Of a stretch of DNA of 64,000 nucleotides, positions 1 to 12,900 are shown piece after piece. The notes under the pieces were generated by a model. It had not been told where the DNA came from. It saw only the letters and a list, made by a program, of their open reading frames with translations, and did not search any database. Where the stretch lies: assembly GCA_024704765.1 (NCBI GenBank), contig JAKMXF010000033.1:496001-560000 (forward strand), in the 5' to 3' direction. Numbering within the stretch: the stretch's first letter is position 1; every line of letters starts with the position of its first letter. The position numbers and the translations under genes are program-made. Origin of the DNA: Oopsacas minuta (taxonomy: Eukaryota > Animalia > Porifera).

Positions 1-55
1 TTGATACAAATGTCCCAATGCTTTCAAGCGTGGTTAGGACAGTAAGCATAATTAC

Positions 56-236
56 CTGAAGGAAGTAGGTCGATATTGAAATCTGCAAATTTTGACTTTC
101 CATCATCATCACAATAAACCCTAGTCACTTTAAATTTTCTATCTCCCTCGTTACCAAATAGCCTTTGTGGAATGACAGCCTTATTCACAGTCATTTTGGA
201 AATATTGAGACTTAGCATTCCTAGCACCGATAACAT
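56..236 (-). CDS. First coding exon of a cupin-like protein; gene continues off the left edge of the window
   Basis: ATG at 236 and a CAG|GTAATT donor at 55. The motif KVTRVYCDDDGKSKFADFNIDL resembles the N-terminus of a small cupin-fold family (xTRxYxDxDGxSHF). Only one exon is visible. Confidence 0.5.
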
Positions 237-1704
237 TCCTTCTTTTGATATTTGTTGCTAGGTAGAATAATTAACAAGGGAGTCAGGAATCCACGAATTG
301 GAATTCGAAATAAATAAACTAGAAACTAGAAACTAGTGATAGTGCTTGATTTACTAGCCTGTACAAAGTCCTCAGTATATCGTGTAAAATACGTACGAAC
401 TTCGCGCTTAATTTATTATCGTTATTGGTAATTAAAACCGCGATATTCAATCATATTTGTGGTCGATAGACTACTCAAACCTAATTCTACAAACACAATA
501 CACCCTTTGAAAAATAATCATGAGAAAACTATCTTTTTACGACTTCAACAAATTCACAAAAGCCTAAAACAAATATTCTTGGTAAGATACAAGTTTACTG
601 ATATCTGTACAGTTATCTCTCCTGTATAATAATACTATATTATTTGATACGGTTATTAGGGTTAAATATTCGATCAAATTTGATCATTACGATCTCATTA
701 AAAATGGGAAAAAGGATTATGATCCAGATAGTACGAAATGAATCGAGGAATCATGGTTCCATCACCAGTTAGAACCATCAAAAAATGTAATGAAATATAA
801 CTGTAATTATCGGTTATGCTATGCTAACCCTCTAGTATGGATGTCTAACATTTTAAGACAAATTGTCTTTGGACACTATTTACCCTTTTTAATGCTTTCA
901 TTTGGTTATTAAATTTCGTATTTGGATGGCAGGATTAAATATTACTTCCTCTTATATTATTCTCTTGAATAATCCTTAATATTGTTTGAGGTTAATTATC
1001 CTGTTTTGATCCAAAAACAGTATAATTTACCCAAAGAGCTTACGATTGATGTCTACATAGCTCTAGGCACCAGTCTAATCATGATACTTTTCAATAACCC
1101 GAGTGGTCAGATAATTTCATGGTCCATATATGGAATTGTATCCAGATCAAATTAGATTGACTTTCTTGACCCAAGACAATTTGATATTCAATAACTCCAA
1201 CGCGATTTTCCTAAGTCTACACAACAAAACACACAAAGCAACAACTTAATTAGCTAGATATTGTCAAATATCATATCGGCGATAAGTAGATTAATTGAGA
1301 TCAGCACAATTATTTATTTGAATTATCCCTTCACGAATTTTCAAGAATATTTTAAGGGGCAATTCTAGTGTTGTAGTTTAAAATTACATAATTAATTACA
1401 TACACGAAAATATAGTAACATACCTAATCCAGTATCTGGTTACCAGGAAAATATATAGATTTTAGCAACCATAAGAAAAGAAATATCCACTAAATGTTTC
1501 ATTTAAATATTAGAGAATATTAATACTAATAATTATTACCACAGTTGCTCAATGTTAGACTAATATTTGTAACTATAAATGATAATTACTGTCCTTTGTA
1601 TTATTTAGTAATTAAACCGATTGTTTTATAATTTCCGCTGTTGTGTGGTCAGAATAGAGGAGATATTCTTTGCTAGAGGTTATATCACAATTAATATTGA
1701 TATG

Positions 1705-1868
1705 CAGTAGACTCTGCCTGATAGGGTCACATCGAGAACAGGCCATTTTCACGCGTTAAGCGGAATACAGGTGTTGCTCCGATTAACCGGAGTAATCAAC
1801 ACTATTTGTATGGTTCTTGTTCTGACCAAGTGACATGATTAACCGTGGCTCTATTAAAAGATGTCGAC
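1705..1868. mobile_element. Possible degenerate pogo-type MITE
   Basis: Left end CAGTAGACTC and right end GTCGACTG|TA. An internal ATTAACCGGAGTAAT is shared with the MITE at 42578. Ends are degenerate. Confidence 0.3.
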
Positions 1869-2634
1869 TGTAATTACAAATATGAATTTTACAACATTGG
1901 AGTGATTAATAAATGCTCTCAACTCAGCCTTTGATCCTTGAGTTGTAGTTACACGCTAACTTAGTCTAGTTAGCACAATGTAAGCATATAATAGATTACT
2001 CAAGCCAAGCGGGAAGCTTCAAATATCGAAATTGGTAATAAGCATATGGAAATTCAATAACGTGGTCTGGGAAGGAACTACTATACTTGATATGCTTAGT
2101 AGAACATCATAGGTACCACCACTGCCCCTTCGATTTGAATTATGCAAAAGAGCTCCAATAATGGGAAACTTAACATAAGCTCATTATCTTCTTAGATGAA
2201 TATATATTGAATTTTTGCTTTTGTGTGTAGCCAGTTAGATGCATTATTTATGGTTTTTGAAGAGTCCCCGTGATTCCAATACCTTTATTAGTATTAAATT
2301 CCCCAAGTGATAATATTCTGATAAAATTTTAATTTCCAATACAAGACATACACAACCAAATAACGAGCTTACTAATAAATAAAGTGAACTAATTGATTCT
2401 TAACAAACAAGTCAGAATAGTAACGTTATAAAGTAATAATTAAAATACATCTACGTTTGTATTTCCGAAACTTCTTTTTCCTTTGATAGTGTTATTAAAG
2501 CAAGCAACAGAATTGTGTACAAGTGAGCCCTTGGTTCTTCTCCCGGTAAAAAGTTATAAGTAATTTGTGTAAAATAGCAGTTTTAAAGAGATAGAGTGAT
2601 TAGGGATTGGGCGCAAGGATTAATTAACCGTTTG

Positions 2635-5600
2635 CTATGACAATTTATTTGTTTCACTCTGAATGATTTTTTCGAGTTGTGAAGCTGCCTTATTCAAGAA
2701 TGCGGCACTATTTCTATACCCGTCTATTATTCTTTGAATTTCTACTTGTTCTGACTTGCTTAACTTTGAAGTACCGTTAGGGGAGTTTGGATATTCTCCA
2801 AGATTTCCATTCAAGTTTGAGTTTGCCATCAATTGGTATGGAGCCACACCCAGGAGTGTGTGCATGAGGGAGCTCCTCACATCTCCGTTCATTCTCTTTT
2901 TCTGAGAATCTTCCACCGTTGGAGACGGTCTCTTTCTATTCTGTACGAAATTTACTTGAGCAAGAGCTGCAGGAGAGAGTTTACTAAGTGCTGACTAAAG
3001 GAGAGAAATATTAGATAATATCAAATCTAAAATAAATGATACACGTTGATATGATGTAATACTATGTGCCAGACTCATTGGGCAATATATACACAATTAT
3101 TGTCTAAAAATAGTAACTAATTATACTTACCTCTGAGTGCGTATTTATTATCTGTCCTTGATTGGGCAATAGATGTGTAGGAATTTGCATTGTAGGGGTA
3201 CCATTGAGTGGTCTCTGTAGGTATGGAGAGGATATGATGTTCTGAGAGTTCTGTAACTGAGCTAATTGAATCCCGGAGTGTAGAGACCCTGTAGCACTAC
3301 CAGAGTGTATTGTGTGAGGGGTACTAGGACGAGTGGACACATTGTCAGGTTCCGAATTGACACCCATATTCATGTCGTCGTCTGATTCAGATGATTTCCT
3401 TGTGTTACGAATACCGAACTCATTAGGAGCTGAGTGAATAGGAGAAATGTTACCTCTGGTGATTGGGAGATCATCTACATTGAAATGAGGCAGATGTTGC
3501 GCAATAGGAATTGCAGGGATCTATAAAGAGCATTAGAATCGTAAAAAATATATGATACATTACTTGAATAAATTATGTTACATACTTTTTGAGTATTGTT
3601 CTGGGATAGAGAAGTGACTGTTTGTGGGATAACAGCTGTTCTGGTTGGAATAAGTGTTGAAGTGTTAGGTACTTGAGTAATAAACTGAGGTAGAATAATC
3701 GTTTGTCCAGTTGAAGCGAGTTGAGGCCGGATTTGTGCAAGGTCAGGAGAAGACCCTAATGCCTAGAAACCATAGAATCAATAAATTACGTACTTGCTTC
3801 CTATTCTTGAGTACTACATCTAAGTGCATGGGAACATAAAAGGCTTGATGGAATGGCCATTGTATTCAAAAGTGGTTACGTAGCATAATCACAGACCATG
3901 TGAAGGTCTACTTCTTTGTACTAATATAAACCAATTGTATTTGAATAGAAACCATTGTGTACAATATTTGCACGACAAATAATTAGCCCTCTTGGTTTAT
4001 AATGCTGACACAGGTTCATACTCATGCTGGTGTGAAGATCTAGACATTGGCAGGATGACACTTGTTGAAGGAGCAAGTGATTCGTCGTAGGTTTCAACTA
4101 TCAGACATTAAAGGCTTCGATAGTTTTGTGACCATATAACATGAGCAATTGGAGGCCATGGTAATATCAATATCTACTGCTGGCCAGTAGATATCTATGT
4201 TAACAAGAATCTCCATATTGACACATACGCAGGCATCGCTTGCCATGTGGCTATTATCTCATTCGGACGTACGGGGTTATCTAATGTTATGTAGCTTAGG
4301 AACCAAACTCACCGGAGACATGTTGAGTGCGCTATCTGATCGTTTAACGTACTCGTCACCCACTTGCTGTCTGAATTTCTTGGAGCGTCTACAGGACTTT
4401 AGGAATGTTCGAATCCTCTTACGAGTGCAAGACTCAAATTCTGGAAAGTGTTTCTTGGCATCATTCATAATATCGTCGACGAGATGTTTGGGCTGTAATG
4501 ATATAGGCACTTTACAGTCCATTCGTGATTCGATTAGTTGCTTAACGTATGCCTGTAGTGGAAAGGAATTACATAAAAATAGCTCTGGAAATTGCACAAA
4601 AATAGAAATATCATGGTCAACTCACATTGAAAGCTCTTGCTCTCTCGGTATTAGCGGTATAGGGTGATGGTGAAGTCGGAGGCTTTGCATAAATGAAAGG
4701 TTTCTGTGAATTTATGTCAGACGAACAACTATCAGAACTCTACAAAGAAATAAAAGATGATTGTTAGACATTTTGCACGATTATAACAAGTAGCAAACTA
4801 TAGAGAGTCAGCATGAAATTAGTCAAGTCGTGTGGCCAAAAATAAACGATTACAATAACAATGATTTCGTTCGAAAAGGAATTTCTTGAATTCTTGTACA
4901 TAACACAAAATATGGAGTAAGGAATGGAATCTAATTATTCCAATTATAAAATTAAGTAATTGATATAGCGAAGGGAAATTTCCTATTTCTAAATTCGTGA
5001 AAGCCATACTATGCAAACGGAAAATTCTAAAATTGTTAAGTTCCAATTACGATAGATATTTCCCCGCCATGCAATTCAGCAATACTAATTTGAGGTAGTG
5101 AATAGTACCATTGAGGATCCTAACAACCCTATTGATATCAAGGAATGATATTAGGAACTGATCAAAGTAATTGCTATGCACTCGTGCAAGCCTTAAAGGA
5201 CGCTATACCAAAACCCTGAATGAACCCGCACATGTCTAATGCAATGCTCCGTTGTGAGGACGAAATTAGAATCCTTATGACAGGATGTAAGAACAAATAC
5301 CACGATGAGATTACGTAACATGATCAAGAAGCCGTGTATTAAATTATTGTACAATCATGCTATGGATATTTACGTAACAGAGTGTATTAGTTTGTTGTAA
5401 ACATGCGAAATGAACCAAAAAAGTTCTTATATTGTATTGTTCTATTGTTTTACTGATGGAAGTGATCACGCGAATTTCGCGGAAGGGTAAGATAAATAGA
5501 ATTATACCCTGTGAATGTGGTCGTGGGAATGCAGTGTCTTATACATCATTGCCCAACATAGAATGCTGCTAGCAACTTTTTGCAAAAAGTGAAACTGTTA

Positions 5601-6541
5601 AAATGTATAACTTCGATGTAACCACATGAATAATTATTACAATCAGCTGATGGATGTACGTAAATACTGAATACCAGATTTAAGTAGTTTACAAGTATTT
5701 CCTATTAAGCAATTATTAAAGACATTGAGATCAAATTGAAATGGTTAATGTAACGCAAATCTGCCCTCAGGCTATTGAACTCTGACCTACCATGTAAGTG
5801 CTATAATGGTCAATACAAACAGGTTATTGGGGGTAACGAGTAATAAATAGGATCTAAGCACAAGTAAATTAACTTACAGCTGAATTCGTTAGCTGAGGTA
5901 TATGTCCATTTGTGTGTGGTGAGTAGACAGAGAGACCAGATGGCAATTCTCCTATTCCAGGTATATTTCTGTTATGAGTGAAATTATGTTGTAGATTACC
6001 ATCAGTAGGGAGTAGTACTGTGGTTACTCCAGAGCTTGAAGGAGGGTAGTTAGCTGCTGCTTGGTTAGCCTCGTATAATCCGTGGGATTGTAATATTTGT
6101 CTAGCATCAAGCATACCTACTAAGAACATACATTAGTTACATGTAAGCTGAAGTCAAATGCTGTTACATCGAAGCTCTAGGGGCCGCGATAATTACTTGG
6201 ATATTACTGTAATTATTCGTATTTTCGCATAAATTTGACTTACCACTAGGTTGTAGCAGTCTGTAAGTCTGTTGTGTATGTGTGCCGTTCTCTTCAGGTT
6301 CTGGCTTAACATTGAGTTCTACATAAGTGACTCCGGTTTGAGAAGGATGAGGACTAGGAGATGAAGAACTATCATCGTCACTATCAGGATCAGCGTATCT
6401 CTCATCTTGTGTGTAATTATTATTCATTATAATACGTTGTAATGGGATAGGCTCTATGCCTACACCCGTGGTTTGTGACTGTAGTAATAAAGGAGCAGGA
6501 TGTGGTGACATCTTCATTGGAGATTCCACTTCAACTGACAT
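2635..6541 (-). CDS. NOL4: Nucleolar protein 4-like (NOL4/NOL4L family), multi-exon
   Basis: Spliced translation ERARAFN|AYVKQLIESRMDCKVPISLQPK...FPEFESCTRKRIRTFLKSCRRSKK matches the NOL4 core ([25 protein letters not shown]...RARKRIRTYLKSCRR). The C-terminal IQRIIDGYRNSAAFLNKAASQLEK matches the NOL4 tail. Exons 6541-6244 and 6119-5878 have GT-AG borders in consistent phase. Confidence 0.88.
6150..6240 (+). mobile_element. Degenerate family-1 MITE fragment in NOL4-like intron 1
   Basis: AGTCAAATGCTGTTACATCGAAGCTCTAGGGGCCGCGATAATTACTT matches the left arm of family 1. Confidence 0.6.
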
Positions 6542-7043
6542 GTTTCTAATATTAATTAATTAATAAATTGGATATTTTCTGGTTTGTATTTTGGCTATGG
6601 CAAATCAGTGACTATTTATATATACTGATATTATTGACCATGGGGTGAAGTACTACCTAGGGTCATGTATTTAGAAACAAAAATGGTGTATTCATAACGG
6701 ATAGATTGTTCGGCAAATATTACTCTATTAGAGCACTGTTGCAAGTAGTAATATAATTGTGTAATCATACGGAAATGATCTCTGCACAACATTCATACAA
6801 CATAATTTTTCGTATTTCCATAAGCAGAAGATTCAATTGCCGCTCGGTATAGAAATCATTCCTGGTCCACTTTGACTATTTTAGACTAATTTATATAATT
6901 CGAAACTTAGAAATTATTATTCTAAAATATTCAGGTTAGAAGTAAAATGGAGAAGATACATTTTTGAGTTATAATATTTATAAATTGTCCTATCATACTG
7001 TGATGTAAGGGAATTTAAGAAAAAAGATGTAATTCGAGGAGAT

Positions 7044-7070
7044 ACTAACTAACTAACTAACAAACTAACT

Positions 7071-7152
<82 letters not shown>

Positions 7153-7170
7153 GACTAACTGACTAACTAA
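7044..7170. repeat. (TAAC)n microsatellite, about 30 units
   Basis: Direct inspection; a few TAAAC and TGAC variant units. Confidence 0.97.
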
Positions 7171-9937
7171 ACAGATCAATCGAGTGTAAATTGAAATTGA
7201 TTTGATATATTTTACTTATTTAGCAGGGAAACTTTGATTTTACTTATTTTAAAAATCAAGAAAATATATTACAAATTTAGAAAATAAAAAGCGAAAAATT
7301 ATTGAAATAATAATTATCGTAAAACTCACAATTATCCAAATAATAGTATTGTAGATCTGTAAAACAGTAAAGCAATAGAGTAGTAGCAGTAGTTGGTCAG
7401 AATGAGACTTGTCTTGTATGGGACTGCTGAACAGTGTATTTATAGGTTTGGAGCAGAGAGGGTAAGGGTAGTAGGGTGAGGATTCAATGGAGTAGGACTG
7501 GGGATAAGTTAGTATTAGACTTCTAAGGTACAGTACTATATTAGGAGTGTAGTAAGCAAGTGAAATTACGATATTAATCACAGATCATATCAATTCAATT
7601 ATATTCAACATTTCATAATTATCACCCGATAATACTGCCGATGTAATATATATGATATACAAGCAAATGAATTTCTATACAATATGAGTGAAAATTTATT
7701 GATTGTCCCTTTACAGCAGCAAGTTTGTAGGCAAATAGACCACAAATTCGTACGAAAAACCTTTGAGAATTTCCCATAAATTTGTATTTTGCAGGTACAA
7801 ATTGTCTGTGACAATTATTAGAGGAATTGAGTAACTCTATCCTGGCTATTGTAACCTAACAATGGAAAACCGCTATCAATACGATATGTCCTGTTTTGTT
7901 AAATGATAACAATAAAATTATAATTTATCAATCAAAGAACAATCGCAATGATTGTATTCATAAAAACCTATTTATCAATAAATAATTCACATAGTTCAAA
8001 CCACTTCGAGATAATAAACGAATGGTAACATTCCTCGCGAAAATACATAAACATCAACGGACGACACAATCTTAAGAAATTGCAAAATAAATGCAACATC
8101 ATGTCAATTACTAATTTACAAAAATACGTCTGTAAAAAATGAGTTGATGGTATTATTGTCTGGATATTGTGGTCCAAAATGACCAAACTCCAAGCACCGA
8201 AAGAGGCGATTAATATTTGCAGAGCTCAACTTGCATCTTTTCTAGTAAATTAAAATAATTACAGTAAATTCACCGAATAATAGTATATATTAAATGGCAT
8301 TATTTGGCAGTTTAGTAAATCTCCATATTTTAGGATGTTTTGTTCATAACGTATCCTGTAAACTGTGATATATGCAACGATAAGACAGTCTTGTCAGGTA
8401 ATTTACATGAAATTATTCTTTCAAATTTGTATCTGAAAACACTTTGTTCTTATAATATAACAAGGGAACAGCTGGGATAATATCCTATCAATTAGTTCGA
8501 TGTGGTTTAGATAATGAACGTTTGTATTAGCTCTAGACTAAACTAGACTTGGTAGATAATGAAGAACTGTGTTTCTACAATAATTTTCGGGTTAAAAGAA
8601 ACGAAAGAAATATCTGTGATCGTATACATTGCATCACTGTACAGGACCAATATTCGGACTGCTATTATGAATAGAAATATTATTCGTCATCCTAACTAAC
8701 TTTGGTAGCTCCGTGTAATTTGTATATGTCAACCTAACAATTTGAAATCTGCTTGTTACTGTCCTGAATCAGTTAGGGACAAAACCGAACTATTTTAAAT
8801 CATATTAGAACTTCGAAATACTTAGAAATTACGAGTAAAATCACTTTATAAAAGTTAGGCAATAACGCAAGCACAGATTACCGATATTATTGTGATTTAG
8901 TACAAAGCATTTCATGTACGAATTCTGCCTTCTGCCTAACTGTATTAGCTCATCATGTCAGTAGATAGAAATTGTATGGAGAGTATAACAGAATCCTGGA
9001 TGGCTATTTTGATATGGATGAAATTCATCGAGGAAGTATGATTGATAATTATATAATCATATCGCGAATACAGAGAATATCATTTAGAGTTTGTTGGGAC
9101 TTTTAGAAAACAATAATAATGCTTTTCTGCAAATATCCACACTAATGCTCCACAAATCATTGATGAATTCTTGTAAATAAATTGAAACACTGATGGATTA
9201 TTAAAATCGTAAATATAATCACCAAATCAACTTGGAAATATCCCAATTTGTTATATGCCATTACTATTGACAATTTCATATTTCTTACGTACAATTCTAT
9301 CTCCAATCAGATGAAATACAAATAATAAAGATTGAATTACAAGAAAATGAAATAAATTTGATTACAAAGTCCAATAAATAATAATTAACAGAATTATTCT
9401 ACAAACAATCTGCATATCTTAGAACTTCAAAGATATCCCTGAGTAAACTCGTAGATGTTAACTGCTCAATAAATTGCCGTATTTCTCATATAATTAACAT
9501 TAGTATCCAAATTGAAAGCAATTTTATTAGAAAGATAGATTAACAAGTGACTCTGACCTAGTTTGGACAGTTAATCAATTCGAGAACTTTTAGGATTAGT
9601 CGCAGCATTCCAGCATGGTGTCAGCCAATATGTATTAGACAAAGATTACACTGTAATTCGGACGATATCCAAACGTGTAATCTTTGCATAGGCCGATTAA
9701 CAGATGACTTAGAAAGTATTATAAAACGCAAGAATCAATTAAATCAGATTTACAGATCACAAAATATAGTATGTTATTACTTAAACTCAATAACAAATAT
9801 AGAGTCAATAATCTGAAAGAATTGAAGCACACTAGAAATAGGAAAGTGTCTGGGGTTGTTTAAACTGGTCCATATTGGCTCAAGAAGGATTTAGTGCTTC
9901 AGTCCGTGTGTAAAAATAATATTCGGAGAATAACCTT

Positions 9938-12900
9938 TCATTTTTGTGACATTTTCAACCTCTTACTTGACTGTAATTCTGTAGTTAATCGTTGAATTGA
10001 GTTATTAGTTCTGTGTGCTTTTTTGGATGGAGATTCAAAATCTGTAGGTAATCTTGGCAGAGATATAACGAGGGAAGATTTATTGAATAGAATATCGTCA
10101 GTATGTAACATTGAGTCATCACTGTCTGATAACGTAAGATCTATAACATCGGGGAGAGCTGGCGATTTTAGGGGTAAAATTGCGAGTAAGGACTTGTTGA
10201 GTTGAATTCGGACTTCTGATTGTGTTGGCTTACACATAGCTAATTGTGTAACACTAGTGTGTAGCATACTTGGGTGTAGGAAGAGATTATTGAGAGATGA
10301 TCCGTCGAACGATTTGGAAAGGCTTCTCTTTTCTTGTTCTACTTCAAGTCGTAGCTGACTTACAGAAACAACACCTGAAGGGAGTCTGTTGGACTTGCTG
10401 GCCTCTTCTTGTTCATAATCATGGAGCTGTTTGACCTGAGAGAGAATATAAATTCCATTGAAAAGGATACTCGATGAATAAATTTATAATAATTAATCAC
10501 AAGACATAAATCACTTATCGATATACAACTGTAAGAAACCATTGCACTGGTATCTATGACTCCCCAACTGCATGATAGTAACAATCTATACTATCTAGAC
10601 TTATGTAAATTGATTATTTGGTCCCACTGGAATGGGAGAACGACTGACAATATTAATCTTAATTACATGTAAATTAATCAAAATAATAGGTATGTATATT
10701 GGGTTAGGGATTATTGATAAGCAGACGTACGGAGACATGTTGGACAACACGTGCAGGGAAATATGTGAATAATTAATAATACATTATGCGGATAGCATTT
10801 ATGTTAAGAGGCAAATACCTTCCAAATGTCGGATTTTTTGAGACTTTCATTTTTCTCATTCTTGATTTTAGTATTCAAGTTCACTTCTCCTAGAAAGATA
10901 CAAATATTAGTATAGTGTTGTGTAAACATATTTCTACAGATATAAGAAATTTAATAATACAGTTATAAGAAAGAAATCTTGGTGGGGATGATGGAAGCAT
11001 CTGGTTATAATCTAGGAGAAGCGACGAAACGAAGGGTATTGACAGAGGTTTTGTTCAATATACGAACCCTTATTTGAATATAATTATGGATAACAGACAG
11101 ACGATCAGTTGAATAAATGGATAATAAAATTTTCATACCAAATACTGGTATGTATTGTCTAAATAAGCCAATTGATGGTTTGGTACTATGTAGATATATT
11201 TCCCTAACATTTTATGGGGTAATCACATATATTGATCACTACACAAACCGATCCCAAAGATGCAATAATTACCAAAAATTTCTCCCATTGTTCTCGAAAA
11301 AAGTGTGGAGCTGTACTAATATTGAAACTAGTCTGCCTATACAAGTAACTATTGTTGATCTTGGTTTGGGTGATCGCTAGCGCAATAACTACAGCAGGTA
11401 GAGTAGGAAAATTTATGTGAATGATTTCCTACTTGTCTATATGAAACTTTACCTGTTTGGCAAACCAATCGTGTAACATGGAATATATTACAAAAGAATA
11501 TATCATAACATTATAAGGTAATATCTTATAAGAAGTACTATGACCCAATATCTAAATTATCTGTGGGGGATTATTAATATTAATAGTATTACTTAAGGAT
11601 AATTAAGTGTGATTACCTACAGGTTAAAGCAGGTCAGCATAACCTCAGATATATTCACAGGGACAATTGTTATAGATATTACAATCAGGAAAATTATGAT
11701 TGCCGCATAAGGACAATTTGTTCGTTGTTATAATAATATAGAGTTTTGAAGCTTTATAAGACGGATAAATGCTATTATGAAGTAGCTAGAAATAATCTGA
11801 TACTAAAAGTAATTTGATTCCTCCTTTAGTTCAGTTAGAAGATGTAATATGAGATGTACTTATCATTTTACAGATAGTGGATGAAATTGTTTTATGCAAT
11901 GTGTTGGCAAAATATACGGTAAACGAAGCAGTAATTTATTTGGTAATAATAATTATGCAAGTGGTTTACCTATTGAAAATATTTTGTGAATTGTTCATGG
12001 GACTATGGATCATCAAAAATAAAATATTTGTAGTATGATGACATATTTTGAGGGCTAGTGAACTGAATTAGATGTTCTAATTACAGTAGAACCTATACGG
12101 GACGGTAGCAATAAAATAGAAGCAATTATTTCAATGACATAGATTGTGTTATGGTCTACAAAATTATGTCTTTTAATTAGCTCATGGTATGAAATGAAAA
12201 CAGTAATAGTGTCTATCTACATACAAAGAGATGATCAACTTAACATAGGTTGAAAAATATATCAAAGGAGATGTGGCCGTGTAGATCCATGCACCTGTGG
12301 AAGAGAACAATACTATTAATGCTAGGTTAATTCAGCGTAATATTAAGCGTGGCATAATCAGTTCAATAGAATGTGAATAGTTTAAAATAGTGTTATTATA
12401 CGCCTGCTGACATACAAAGAAATGAGAACAAAGGCTATTGTATAGCCATTTGTGATAAAACATAGTGTTAGGAAGGCAGAACTGTGATGTAGAAACCTTA
12501 TCAAATAATGCATGTAACCGTTGGGTGTTTACAAATCATTCGAAAAAGAAACCGCATATATTATACATGAAGTGTGAGATTGGATTGAACGGTTCCTTGG
12601 TATGTATCATTAACACTATGTACAAACCAAATTGAATGGTATTTGGTAACTTGCTCGACTGAATATACCAATCAATTATCGCAAGAAATTTACTTTAGCC
12701 AGCAACTGCTAATTCGAACAATCGTTTTTTCCCTTGAAAGGTATTGCACTATATAATCCGTTTGAATATCCGATAATTCGAATAAAATTTTTCCCGTGAC
12801 TGTTGGAATTGACGGTTATTGACTGTAGAGCCAAATATGAATGTGGTGCATTATGAATAGCAGAACTTGCTCAATTGGCTCAATTAGAGTCAATCATTAC

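Noticed and set aside
4197-4667. 156-aa plus-strand ORF
   Set aside because: It is the antisense shadow of the conserved NOL4-like exons.
7249-7581. 110-aa Y/P/S-rich, hydrophobic ORF upstream of NOL4-like
   Set aside because: It has a non-ATG start, low complexity, no homology I recognise and no phase-compatible link to neighbouring exons. It remains unexplained rather than disproved.
7605-7814. Cys-containing ORF as the missing ASXL PHD exon
   Set aside because: Its Cys spacing does not fit the ASXL PHD pattern, and the ASXL frame already stops at 9938.
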